This document shows positions 27,701-38,059 of a stretch of 64,000 nucleotides of DNA, one piece after another. The stretch's first letter is position 1; the number at the start of each line of letters is the position of its first letter. Under the pieces are notes generated by a model that searched no databases, was not told where the DNA came from, and saw nothing but the letters and a program-made list of their open reading frames with translations. The stretch spans positions 12,851,094 to 12,915,093 of the forward strand of contig JAHRHZ010000217.1 of the NCBI GenBank assembly GCA_024137785.1, written 5' to 3'. The stretch is from Ginglymostoma cirratum (taxonomy: Eukaryota). The position numbers and the translations under genes are program-made.

Positions 27701-30700
27701 TGTGGGTCCTTAATCTGTGGGATTTTCTTCCCCAGAAAGCATTGAAGGCTGGGTCACTGAATTTATTTGTGGCTGAATTAGATACTCTTTTGATTGACAA
27801 GGGAGTTGAGGGTTATGGGGGCAGACAAAAACAGAATTGAGACCACAGCCAGATCAGTCATTTTTTTTGCTAAATATCCTTGCATTATATTGACATTCAC
27901 TCATGTTTTGTAGGATAGCTGGTGGTCTCCAGTCAGAGATGTTCTGATCTACTGGCCCCAATGGATCATGATTCTAGTATTGGAGTGCATTTGGCTTTGC
28001 CTGACTTTCCTTTTGCCTGTACCTAATTGCCCACGGTAAGTCTCCATTTTCCTGTGATACTAAGGGGAGAACAAAAGACTTACTTTCCAGGGAGGTAAAT
28101 ATAGTGTCCAGCAAGAAGAGAAGAAAGGAGGGTCACATTCAATTAGTTTCCAAACAGGGGTCTTGGGGCTTGAAATGGTTACCCAAAATTATGTCAACAC
28201 TGATAGCGTCCCTGCGATTATACCACAATTAATGCAAGCTCGCAATAGGTAGGATGGGTGGAGGTGCCCCTGAGCAACTGTGTTCAGTAGCTCCACCACT
28301 GTTCAGTCTGTCCTCAAACAATATGAAGAGTATTTTGAGGCATTTTTTAATATTTTAAGGTTTTATAAATGCTTTTCATTTAAATTTGCATTCATTAAAT
28401 CTTTTATTCTTGACACTTGCCAGGAATGATTTTCTCACCATTGATGGTTTGTGTGGTTTTGGCTACTCCTAATCATGATCATTTGCAAGCTTCACAGACT
28501 ACAATGACTCTTTAATGTATTCATTTTCAGAATGTTAATATTGCTGGCATTTATTGCCTATTTTTTGTTTCTCGCCTATCCTTTTTCAAACACTGAGTTC
28601 ATCCTGTCTGAGAGACCCACGTTCTCTTGACCCTATATTCAACAATGTACTGACCAGATTAGGTTTGTTAGGTTCCATGTTAGTTTACGTTGTTGCCAAT
28701 TCTCCATTTTTGGACTCTCTCCCTCTCCTCAGTTCAACCCCTCAAAAAGCTAACCCATGACCCCTTCATTCTTGCAAATGATCAGCCCATTTCTAGTCTC
28801 CTTTTTCCTCTGAAAAATCCTCGTGATATCACCTCCCAAATTTGTATCCGTCTTTCCCATAATTCCCACATTTGAATTCCTCCGGTGTCAGTTTTCCACC
28901 AATTCTACTAAAACAAAATAGTTATTCTCAGTCACAAATGGGATCCTGTGTGATTGTGACAAAGGGAAATTATCTTTCCTTGTCATTCCTGATCTGTTTG
29001 TAGCATTTGATGCAATTGATCACACTATCCCACCTCCAAGACATTCTAAAGTTATTCAGTCAGATGGCACTGGTTTCATTCTTATTGATTTGTGACCTCT
29101 TTCCCACTCTTGTACACTTACCTCTGACCTCCTGATGATCTGTCCTTGAACTCCTCCTATTTCTCATCTGCATGCAGTCCCTTGATCGTATATGAAAATA
29201 TAATATCAGTTTCTACATTTTCCCTTAACTGCTTTGTCTCATTACCAGGTCTTGTGACCCCTCCATAGTATCTGAATTTCACACTACTGCTGGCGCCCAA
29301 ATAAATGTTAAGAAGGAAACCGTGGTCTTTGGGTCCACCACAAGCTCACTCCCTTTGCCAGCTACTCTCTACCTCTCCTTAATAACTGCCTGAGGCCGAA
29401 CCACTTCATTTGTAACTCTCAGACCTCAAGATGAGCATTTTATCAGCAATTTCTGCTGTAGTTTCACCCGTCTCCACTTCTGCCTCAACTCTTCTTTTGC
29501 TGAGTACCTGATTAATTTACCTCCAGAATTTGTTCTAATGCACCTCCTGACTGACCCTCCATCTTTGACTTTTTGTGAACTTGAGGTAATTCAGAATTGT
29601 CCCTGGATCTTGACTCTCTTCCATGGTAATGAGAATCATTTGGGACTTGAAACAGCATTTCTACCTGAATACATTTTCTTTAAGACCCCAACACACACAG
29701 TTTGAAGTAGATAGATCATTGGATTTAAGGATTGGATTTAATAGACCATATCTATTTATAGCTCAATACTCCCACCACCTTTGGAGACTGTCTAACTGCT
29801 TTAGCAGAAGCTGCTACCGTTGACTCCAAATATAAACACCTTGCACCCTCTTCCTAGTAAAACAGTCTGGGTCCCTATTAATCTGATTGCCTGATCCTTT
29901 TTTAAATTTAAAGACAGTCAGAAAATGTCATCTTCTCAACCTCCATTGTAAAAACCTTCATCTCCCCATGTCGAGTCTTGCTGTGTGACTGCTACACTTT
30001 TCTAGTTTGCAACAGTAAACTATGCTTTAAACATATTTCATTGACCGTAAAGTGCTGTATATTGCAACATTTTCTTATGGTGCCAAAGGAATGGGAGGTG
30101 TGTACTTTCAATACCAGAATTTCATTGGCCCCCATTCTTGCCCTGCCTGAGACAAGCAAACTCTGCTTGCACCCACATGTGAACCAGTGACCAATCTTGT
30201 TCTGTCTATTGTCAAGTCTGTGCTACTTATGTTGTTTTTTGTCCCTCATTAAAAGCTGTAAGTGATTGTATTGCTTTTCAGAGGTTATCTTGGTCCTGGA
30301 GGAATTGGAGACTTTGGACAATTTGTTAATTGTACTGGAGGAGCAGCAGGATACATTGATCGGTGGCTGTTTGGAGAGAAGCACATTTATCAGCACCCTT
30401 CTTGCAAAGTAAGCTGCTGAATTTTACTGGGCATCCTAGAAATAGTTTTTTGTCATCTATTTCTGAATAACCACTATTCATTACAAATTGTGAAGATGAT
30501 AATGGCATGGAGTTTTCTGTTTTCCTGGATTAAATAGGATGAAGATAAGATCCTACAATTTGGTGTTTTTTTTTTTATAATTACAGAACTCGCCATCAAA
30601 CAGAATAGTTGGGTAAGCTAGGTGCAACAATCTTTAGTATTCCCAATCAACCATCAGCTCCCCTCTGGCTCACCCCACATTGTACCCTGTGTAACTTCGG

Positions 30701-33700
30701 CCTCAGGTCAAGTTACAGATTGTGTTTTTGTGATAAGGAAAGGATTCCTGTTGAATTCCCCTGATGCTGCTGTGCCATCCAGAGCAATGTGGTTGGGAGA
30801 AACATTCACAATTGAGGACCAGACTTGTATGTCTTTGATTTAATGTAGTGGACTGAGGATGTCCATATCTCTCTCGATTAAGTCTAGTGACTAATTTTGA
30901 TAAATATCATCATAAGATGCAATGAGAGAAAAACAGTAAAGATAGCTAGCAGGTTCAGAACAAGACTTGTTGATAACGTTCTGAAGAGGGGAAGGGAAGC
31001 CACTGCTCTGTGTGGTGACCTGCACTGATCAGTCCTTTATAGCCAGTCCCGTAGTACAAGTAGTCACGCTGTCTTGGAATTGTATCACTGTTCTTTCACT
31101 GGGTCAGTTCCTTATCTAATGGCACTACGGGTCAGCCAACAGCAAGTGGACTACAGCAGATTAAGAAGGCAGCTCACTGTCACCTTATCAAAGAGAGCTA
31201 GGCACCGGCAATAAATACTGGCCAGCCAGCAACACCCAAATCCTATGAGTGAGTAGGAACGAAAATCAAATAAAATAGCACCACAGACTTGGCAGCTAAT
31301 TTTATGAAATTTTAATTTTTAAGACATGAAATCAAGCTCTTAGAATGCCAAGGTGACTAAAAATGATCACCAACTGTTTCTAAAACCCAGAACAACTGTT
31401 TAATTCCTGTTGTAATGCAGAAGAGAGGATGTTACCACTCTCAACACCACTCTCCATTGTAAGTAGTGGTCGATCTTGCAAGAAGGAAGTACTCTGCAGA
31501 CACTTCGGAGCAACCAGACAGAATAATCGGTTCATTGTCAATGCAGAAATCAAATAGTGTACAGAGGTTCTTACTGGAAAGAAGTGATCCTTTAAATGGC
31601 AGATGATTCCCTTGGGCAGGTACAGTACAGTACAGTTGTCCAAAACTGGTTATCTTGAATCCATGTACTTTTATAATACCCCATATGTCCAAATCTAGTT
31701 GTGCAAAATTTTGAAAAACAACTTCCCTGGACAATTCAGCTGGGGGCTACATGAGCATAGTGTGGTTCCAGATATCATCTATGTTTACCATTGTATCCTG
31801 ACTCTAAGGTAGCCTTGACTCTGCCCATCTCCGGCTGAAGTGACTGCTACCGATCCACCTGATCTGAAATTCAGGAGCCAAAATTTGGCACAGCCTTGGT
31901 CTCAAAGTTTCTGGCTTTGAATGAACCGATTAACACTCAAGCGATTAAACATTAATGCATTGGATTTTAATCATGTCTTCCCACACCCACCTACAACCCT
32001 GCCATTCTCTACAATAGGTACGTAGTGCAATTCCAATACCCGAGGACCGTAGGCTTGAAATCCATTATAGTAGGCATATCACTTTTGACTGAACTGAGTG
32101 ACAACATTTTGTGTCAGCTTCTTTGAATCTCCTTTCGAGTTTCTCATCTGCCCTCCCCTCTCTTGCAGCCACACCTTTCTTTTTAAATAAAATGATAAGA
32201 CATAGTAGCTGAGTCAGACCATGAGTGATCTGATCCTCAACTCTACTTTCCTGCCTTTTGCTTATAAGCCTTGATTCCCTTACTAATTAAATGTTCAAGG
32301 CTGAGATGAGCAGTTCTAATAAACCAGCATCTACAGATTCTCTGCAGTAAGGAATTCCACAGATTCATGACTGAGAAGAAGTTCCTCTTCACTTGTGTCT
32401 TAAAAATATGACTCCTTAATCTGTCCAGCCCTAGACTCCCAGAAGATAAAGCAACATTTCTGTATCTACCCTGTCGAGTTCCATAAGACCTCGTATGTTT
32501 CAATGAGATCACCCCTCATTCTTCTAAATTCCAATGAGTACAGGCTCAAACTACTCTGCCTCCCCTCAAATATCCTGTTAAACACTGAATGTAATGCAAT
32601 CGGCTAACTGTGCTCGGTCGAGATTTAGTGTTGATTATTTGGGCAAAAGGAGGAAACAGCAACACTTGTTGTAATAATCCATTTAACCCTCTTTATAGTA
32701 AACAGCCATTTACCTCCCAAACAAATTCGGTTAGTTTAAAAAGAGTTAGTGTAGAAAGGATGAGTTATACGAAAGACTGGAACACCTTCTGTTCTTCTCT
32801 GGAAATAAATCAACTGCACAAATCAAATATTAATTAGTATGGGTTAGGTAAACTCAGAATTATTTCAAATTTTTGAAGAAAATTAGAGGGAAGAGAGGTC
32901 CGAGGGGCAGATATTTGGAATGACCTGCCAAGTAGATTTAGAAGCAAGCACCTTGGGATTATTCAAAATACACAGTGAAAAAGATGTTGTGATAAAGCTT
33001 TCAAGGGGTTAAGACACCTTTTCTCATCTTTAGCTTCAGTTAGAATGTACGACACAAATAATGAGAGGAATCAATACAAATGTGGTTTTTGATCTCTATG
33101 CATGCAAATAACACACATCTCCTTGAGAATGACGACAAAGGATTGAGCTTCCACAGGAACATGGATGTCACAAAATAACAATTCATTTAAACACTATCAA
33201 AGTTTTTTTATAGCAAATTCACATTTAGAAATGCTTGCCATCCTTTGTTCCTGTTGGGTTTATTCTGGGTTGGAGTTTCATGAAGCCTGTTCTATCTGCT
33301 TTAAAATAATTTTGAGCTACAATAAATTGCATCTTTTTGTTTCTTAAGATACTTTATCACACTACGGTGCCATTTGATCCAGAGAACTTGCTGGGACTAA
33401 TCAATTCAATTGTGATGGCATTTCTGGGATTACAGGTAAAAGCTGCTGAGTAACAGTGAGGGTTTTTGAATGGTACGTAACCATAATACATGTTGTCTTG
33501 ATGTGAATGTACTGCATCCGCTTGTACAAATTCGTAGTGATATTTCTGTGCCGACTGTACTGTCTGAGGAAGTGAGATGAACGTTTGGGCTGTATTGTAT
33601 CCTTTCGGGTTGAAGGTTGAGGAAAAAGAAGCTCTTCCCAGTTCATGCAATCTTGATGGATGAATTGATTTTTGTGATTGGGTGTTGCTAAGTAACTGGG

Positions 33701-36700
33701 AGAGTGGTCCTTAATGACAAATGACATACTAATCAAATGATTTTTTTTTTTTCCTTTCTTCCTTGTTATACTGATTTGTTAGATACCTGCATAGACTTAG
33801 CTTGCACTTAACTGGATTAAGAAATGCTGACTTATGTTGATATAAAGTGTTTTTGATTTTGGGCATCCATAAATATTTATCTGTCAGTTAAGTGTGGTCT
33901 GTATTGTTACGTACAAATGATGCAAATATGCGTGGAAGTAAATGGCTGAGTACAGAAGTCGAGAGATGTGTCCACCTGATTTAAATAGGCAATGTGTTCA
34001 GAACCTCGGTTACAACTTTGTATCAGGCAAGAATTAGCTTCATGTATCTTCTCCCCCTTACAGGCTGGGAAGATTTTCATTATTTACAAAGGTCAAAATA
34101 GACAGATTGTACTGCGATTTTTTACTTGGAGTACACTGCTGGTGAGTGAATTTTAAGTAGGTCAAGATCATCCTGGTGAAATATTCCTTGTTTGTCTAAT
34201 CCATTGATTTGCTTGTTGACCCTAGGGTATTGTTTCAGCCATCCTGACAAAATGTTCGAAAGACCATGGTTTCATTCCAGTCAACAAGAATTTGTGGTGC
34301 GTATGTCCTCCATGAAGTGAGTCGGCAATTTAGTACAGCACTGCAGTCAACCAGAAATGTTAGATATTCCTCTAGTCCCATGAAATCTGGCCTGTATGTA
34401 AGTGTGTTGCAGAACTAATGTAGTTTATCACCGATAAATGGCTCTTTCATACTAATTATAACTATATCTCCAAGTTGTCTGCTTCTGCAATGAGATCCTT
34501 TTGCAGCATCACAGAGGAGCTCAGGGGTCTCTGCATTGAGGGCTACTTCTGTAGAGGTTTTTTGTAAAATGGGTCATTGTGTAAGTTTATTACAAGTTGT
34601 GACACAGTGCTATCCAATGTTCCCTTCACTGCCATTGATGTTGGAGTGTGAATGCCTGAATCGTTTAAGTAGAAGCTGGTTAAACAGCAAATTACAGTTG
34701 TAAATCCCAATTAAACAATTGTTTAAAAATCATCTGTAGGTCAACTATCATGGTAGGAGATGTGCAAGGAAAGTAGAACAGGAATTGAGTTCCTAACTCT
34801 GGCAGCAATGCTGGCTGAAGGCTCTTTCTATTTGGGAGAGTGTGGATTGTTATGTAACAGAACACCATGAGTAAAGCAGACAGTGATATAAAGCTGCAGA
34901 AGGAAGCGGTTTAGCAACAATCAGAATTTCAAAATTCTGTCTTGATCCTGTGGCAGGAGAAGACGACAACTGAGATTTTCAAAAGAAAAAGATGTGAGCA
35001 AAGGTTCTGAATAATGTGGAACTTTGTAATATGGAGCTCAGGCAGTCAGCAATGGGTTCAGGTGGGCGCTGGTACAGATGTAGTTGAGCATGTCAATATA
35101 AGTGACAATGAGTTTAGGATTGGACTGGAAGATGATGTTGGAAGTAGGTGGATGGTTGGATTGGGGGGGGATAAAGTCACTGAGGCTTTGATTTTGAAAT
35201 TGAGGTACAGAGTGGTTTTTGTTAGTTCAGGGTCTAAATGGGGATGGAAACTAAGCTTGAGATATCCGGAAAGGGGTAAAGTGACAGTGGGACAGAGTTT
35301 TAGTAGGGTGAAAAAGAAGGCAAGCAAATTGTGCTGTGAATTTTCTTGCATGATTTAGTATTGGCTACAGTAACAAAGATGTGGAGTTTGTGATGCTAAT
35401 GTGGTAAAGCTTATGGATAATGTTGCTGAGAGTTAAGCGCGCAAATTGTGGACACTGCATTATGCGACATTTCTAAAATTAATGTTTTGCATTTGGAATA
35501 TGATTTGACTATCAATGTCATACAAGGCTGGAGGAGAACCAGTTGAGTTACAGCAATTCACTCCTCAATGCCAACCTCTTTTGAGGCCATAATGAAATAG
35601 TTTTTCAGCACTTATCACCATGTTTTGAGCCAAGTCGTGTTTTCACCTGATCTTCAAATCCATTTCCCTTTTGTTCTGTATTCTAGGATGATAGAAAGAA
35701 CTAAAGAAATTGTGTTACTATTAGTTAAAATTTTTCATGGAGGTAAGCTGTTGGTTTACTTAAATGCTTTCTTCTAACCTTCCAATTTTACCTTCCATGG
35801 ACAGGTCCATCTCTTATGTTACCACACTCAGTTGCTTCGCTTACATTCTCCTCTTGCTGATCTATTTTCTGGTAGATATAAAGAAACATTGGACTGGAGC
35901 TCCCTTTTTTTATCCAGGTATGGAAAATTCCAGAATCCCTTTTTCAGTTTTTCTTTCCCACTGTATTATTCACTTTTCTCCCTCCCATGCTGGAAAAGTA
36001 TGTTCAATCAGGGGATGGTGTGATAAGCACAAATGTCAGTCCAATAGAGATGAGAAGAGAGTATTTTGTCTTGCTGTAGAGGCGGAACTCAGTTTGTCAT
36101 GGCAATGACGTCTTCACATAGCATGCACTGGCACTCATGAGATTTTCTCTCCTGTGAGTTTTCACACTTTTCTTTTGCCATAGATACTGTTTTAGCGGAA
36201 ATATGCAGGTTTCTCAATATTTGAGAGAAATTGCTAAATTTGATATTGGGCTGACCCAATTGGTACATTTAGCCTTCACAATTCATGTGGCCCTCCTCTC
36301 TCGGAGTAGCTGAAAACTAATGAGACTCTGATATTAACAACAATACCTGTGCCAAGAATTCTTATGATGGTTTTACCTCTCTGTCTTCTAATTGAATTCA
36401 AGAAAGACAGCTGTGAATTTTGGTGCCTGAATCCAGACATGAATGGCTGTCTGGGCAAGCAAGCCAGCTTGGTTTCTCAGTTGCTCGAGTCACTCTGCCC
36501 TGGTTAATGGGTGCATTTGTTTCCATAATGGAAATGTATGAACTAGGGAAAAATTTCTCTGCCAAAAAATTACTTTTTTGGAAGACAATGAGCATGATTG
36601 GGAGTTAACTGAACAGATATTCGGGACTTGGATTGTGTTTCATAGTCTCCTAATTCACTAGATTAATAAGAATCCCAATTAAACATTTCATTGCTTCTCA

Positions 36701-37059
36701 GCTGCACACAGTTGTGATATTTCAGCTTAGTTGTCTGATATCCGGTTTAATTGTAGGTAAACTGCCCGTATAGGGTGGTAGCAACTTGATCCAGCTATGG
36801 TTAAATATTCTGATGCAGACAGTTTGTAGGCTTCAGGTGAACACTGACATTCAGTTTTGTTTTCTCTAACTCTTCAGGGATGAACTCCATTCTGCTGTAC
36901 GTTGGACATGAGATGTTTGAGCATTACTTCCCCTTCAAATGGAAAATGCTCAATGACCGTTCACATGGTGAACACTTGGCCCAGAATCTCCTTGCTACCA
37001 CCATCTGGGTTTTTATTTCTTACGTTCTTTACAAAAAGAAGATATTTTGGAAAATTTGA
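345..37059 (+). CDS. HGSNAT: Heparan-alpha-glucosaminide N-acetyltransferase (HGSNAT or a paralogue); gene span, 18 coding exons, 631 aa from ATG 471 or 673 aa from ATG 345
   Basis: All 17 introns are GT-AG with consistent phases; joined CDS is 1896 nt from 471. Motifs [17 protein letters not shown], catalytic-His [41 protein letters not shown] and C-terminal KKIFWKI. Confidence 0.93.
1075..1380 (-). mobile_element. Degraded tRNA-derived SINE (family A of this window), antisense
   Basis: Reverse complement aligns by eye to the copies at 4392 and 18528. Confidence 0.6.
1985..2430 (+). mobile_element. 3' end of a non-LTR retrotransposon (CR1/L2 group) whose tail matches SINE family A
   Basis: Degenerate ...[15 protein letters not shown] coding end followed by a 3' UTR ending GGGCAATAAATGCTGGCC; related copies near 13570-13735 and 31060-31255. 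Confidence 0.6.
2930..3250 (+). mobile_element. Deu-domain SINE (SacSINE1/AmnSINE1-like), degraded
   Basis: GATGAG.TGTTAAAC...GAAGAGCA..GGAGTT.TCCC...TGTCCT...CAATATTTATCCCTCAA resembles the DeuSINE core as I recall it. Confidence 0.65.
4392..4853 (+). mobile_element. tRNA-derived SINE family A, interrupted by a nested insertion at 4666-4767
   Basis: A-box-like TGGCCTAGTAG and B-box-like GGTTTGAATCC; high similarity to copies at 18528, 23895, 43490 and 49211. Confidence 0.85.
4666..4767 (+). mobile_element. Penelope-related terminal fragment with minimal hammerhead motif (U4 mutated)
   Basis: CAGTT-CAGAGGA-A-GGGT catcgc ACCC-GAAA-CG-TT-AACTG; flanked by TGATTGACTCTG / TGATTGAGTCTG. Confidence 0.75.
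4900..5012 (+). CDS. HGSNAT: HGSNAT exon 2
   Basis: [38 protein letters not shown]; polypyrimidine-CAG acceptor, GTGGGT donor. Confidence 0.92.
6224..6357 (+). CDS. HGSNAT: HGSNAT exon 3
   Basis: [13 protein letters not shown]...[11 protein letters not shown]; CAG / GTTAGT. Confidence 0.92.
6500..8900 (+). mobile_element. Heavily degraded CR1 LINE fragments
   Basis: Decayed endonuclease- and RT-like stretches (e.g. NKSPGPD, ANVT.L-like segments) with many stops. Confidence 0.55.
9210..9337 (+). CDS. HGSNAT: HGSNAT exon 4
   Basis: [15 protein letters not shown]...ESISNKL; CAG / GTATGT. Confidence 0.93.
9707..9776 (+). CDS. HGSNAT: HGSNAT exon 5 (TM1)
   Basis: [24 protein letters not shown]; 70 nt; CAG / GTAAGT. 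Confidence 0.9.
9925..10270 (-). mobile_element. Penelope-like element fragment (Cys linker plus GIY-YIG start)
   Basis: Reverse complement gives [15 protein letters not shown]-like sequence; homologous to 12260-13400. Confidence 0.7.
11030..11830 (+). mobile_element. Degraded CR1 LINE 3' portion
   Basis: [11 protein letters not shown]-like segment near 11400-11435 and a CR1-type tail. Confidence 0.6.
12075..13545 (+). mobile_element. Penelope-like (Neptune-type) remnant: inverted terminal piece, Cys linker and GIY-YIG, split by an insertion at about 12545-13267
   Basis: [19 protein letters not shown]...[13 protein letters not shown] (ORF 12300-12485), LVYC, then [21 protein letters not shown] (ORF 13271-13693); terminal repeats at 12097-12195 and 13455-13540. 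Confidence 0.75.
12545..13267 (-). mobile_element. About 0.7 kb insertion, possibly a solo LTR
   Basis: Splits CTAGTCTACTG|TATTTGCTGTTC, which is contiguous in the 10 kb copy; TGTTAT(12593)...GTTACA(13262) termini; minus-strand AATAAA near 12685; no clean TSD. Confidence 0.45.
13735..14672 (+). mobile_element. CR1 LINE, 5'-truncated (RT C-terminus plus 3' UTR)
   Basis: NDLD...[11 protein letters not shown] (FADD motif decayed), [22 protein letters not shown], tail GGGCCTGTTTCC..GCTGTA. Confidence 0.9.
14958..15027 (+). CDS. HGSNAT: HGSNAT exon 6 (dileucine-type sorting signal EMERLI)
   Basis: [23 protein letters not shown]; 70 nt; CAG / GTAAGT. Confidence 0.92.
15580..15686 (+). CDS. HGSNAT: HGSNAT exon 7
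   Basis: ELGSTNRV...[11 protein letters not shown]; AAG / GTAACT. Confidence 0.93.
15910..18960 (-). mobile_element. Long CR1 LINE ORF2 remnant, interrupted by a Penelope-related fragment (15975-16080) and a SINE (18528-18864)
   Basis: Minus-strand [25 protein letters not shown], endonuclease start [19 protein letters not shown]. Confidence 0.9.
18528..18864 (+). mobile_element. tRNA-derived SINE family A with intact Pol III boxes
   Basis: A box TGGCCTAGTGG 18539-18549, B box GGTTCAAATCC 18597-18607, tail ..GAATGAATT followed by an A run. Confidence 0.88.
19200..19930. mobile_element. Two degraded CR1 3' ends in opposite orientations
   Basis: AATAGGCC..TCAGCC start (minus tail) at about 19205 and GCCTGTTTTCGTGCTGTA (plus tail) at about 19900. 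Confidence 0.55.
20017..20093 (+). CDS. HGSNAT: HGSNAT exon 8 (catalytic His)
   Basis: [25 protein letters not shown]; TAG / GTAGGT. Confidence 0.95.
20575..20605 (+). CDS. HGSNAT: HGSNAT exon 9 (31 nt)
   Basis: [11 protein letters not shown]; TAG / GTAAGC. Confidence 0.95.
20715..21092 (+). mobile_element. Near full-length Deu-domain SINE with L2-type tail
   Basis: B box GGTTCAAGTCC at about 20755, Deu-like core, tail TCCTGAAGTTGTGGAAAATGCTGTATAAATG. Confidence 0.7.
21511..21862 (+). mobile_element. CR1 LINE 3' end, well preserved
   Basis: [12 protein letters not shown] coding end and 3' UTR closely similar to 14330-14670. Confidence 0.88.
21985..22145 (+). CDS. HGSNAT: HGSNAT exon 10
   Basis: [12 protein letters not shown]...INPNYCKGP; TAG / GTAAGT. 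Confidence 0.95.
22890..23620 (-). mobile_element. Degraded CR1 LINE
   Basis: Similar by eye to the minus-strand CR1 at 16100-16700 (TTGAATTCCATTTGCCA etc.). Confidence 0.65.
23895..24249 (+). mobile_element. tRNA-derived SINE family A
   Basis: TGGCCTAGTGG A box, GGTTTGAATCC B box, shared body and tail. Confidence 0.88.
24701..24816 (+). CDS. HGSNAT: HGSNAT exon 11
   Basis: [27 protein letters not shown]...; TAG / GTAAAT. Confidence 0.94.
25096..25520 (+). mobile_element. Older, degraded SINE related to family A
   Basis: Decayed tRNA head, CTGGTTCACTA, TTGACTCTTAACTGGCCTCTG, AATAAATGC...CCTTGCTAGTGATGC tail. Confidence 0.6.
25690..27865 (+). mobile_element. Degraded CR1 LINE with nested short Penelope-related fragments (about 25995-26060 and 26700-26850)
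   Basis: [39 protein letters not shown] segments. Confidence 0.7.
27914..28035 (+). CDS. HGSNAT: HGSNAT exon 12
   Basis: [40 protein letters not shown]; TAG / GTAAGT. Confidence 0.95.
28600..30100 (+). mobile_element. Degraded L2-clade LINE
   Basis: [35 protein letters not shown] (LDLSAAFDTVDH-like), L2-type tail near 30000-30090. Confidence 0.7.
30282..30408 (+). CDS. HGSNAT: HGSNAT exon 13
   Basis: [42 protein letters not shown]; CAG / GTAAGC. Confidence 0.95.
32190..32565 (-). mobile_element. CR1 LINE 3' end
   Basis: Minus ORF 32243-32512: [17 protein letters not shown]...LISKGIKAY. Confidence 0.75.
33349..33435 (+). CDS. HGSNAT: HGSNAT exon 14
   Basis: [29 protein letters not shown]; AAG / GTAAAA. 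Confidence 0.94.
34064..34141 (+). CDS. HGSNAT: HGSNAT exon 15
   Basis: [26 protein letters not shown]; CAG / GTGAGT. Confidence 0.94.
34226..34296 (+). CDS. HGSNAT: HGSNAT exon 16
   Basis: [24 protein letters not shown]; TAG / GTGCGT. Confidence 0.94.
35805..35917 (+). CDS. HGSNAT: HGSNAT exon 17
   Basis: [37 protein letters not shown]; CAG / GTATGG. Confidence 0.95.
36878..37059 (+). CDS. HGSNAT: HGSNAT exon 18, coding part
   Basis: [22 protein letters not shown]...[12 protein letters not shown] then TGA at 37057-37059. Confidence 0.95.
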
Positions 37060-38059
37060 TCTGAGATCAATTTTTTTTGGCAAATTTGTGACGTAGAGTA
37101 TATTTTTCTATATGTATGAATAAATGGACAAGATGTATTTGCATTTTGTATTAATAGTGGAAACACAAGTCTGTCAGTTTTTAAGTTGTCTAATGGCCAG
37201 TAAACCAATGATTGTATGACCAATTTCTGTTAATCCTCAACCTGGCCTACTTGCAAATCTTCACAACCGATATGTGCCATTGCTGTCAACTGGTCTACTT
37301 GGACTTGTATAAAAGTGTTCTGATCAAAGCATTAATGCACAAGCTCTCTGCTACTATATCCCCTTGCTATGCCAATATCCTAGATTTTATATATACTCAA
37401 TATTCTACCCTATTCAATGCTTCATCACTAGTATTTTGGTTTTGTTTGCTCATCAACTGCCTAATCCAGGTTGAAACTTCACCTAAGCAAATTGGTCACA
37501 GTGGGTTTCTATTTGTGACATGAACTTTGCATGTTGATTAGCATTCTCTTGTTCACTTCTGTGATGTAGCTGACCTCTTGAAGTTATGACAGTGGACTTC
37601 TAATCGTTTAAACCACTTGAAGCAAGAAAGAGTTGGCTAACTTCAAGCTAGCAATTAAATTGGGATGTGTGAATTTATGAAGAGACAGCTTTCAAAATTC
37701 GTCTTTTTGCTTAACAGCTGAGTTTGTGAAGAGCCCGGTGTGAAATGTTGTGTGATTGTTCAAAAATGGGGAAAATGTACTGTTTGAAAATCTCACTAAA
37801 ATGTAATCATTAATGTCTTGTTATTTCAGGTATTAAGTATTGCTGACTTGGACAATGCAAGACTTTTGATCAGATAATTGAAAACCAGGGCATTGAAAAA
37901 GAAATTGTTTAACTTATTTGTGTTAACTAGGAAATTAAATTTAATGTGTTTTGACTTTTTTAAAAGGTGTCTACCAATTGCATACGATCATGCTAAACTA
38001 AATTCTTGTGCGCTACATTGCAGTTTCACCAATCAGATTTCACTGTCTTCCACTTTAGA

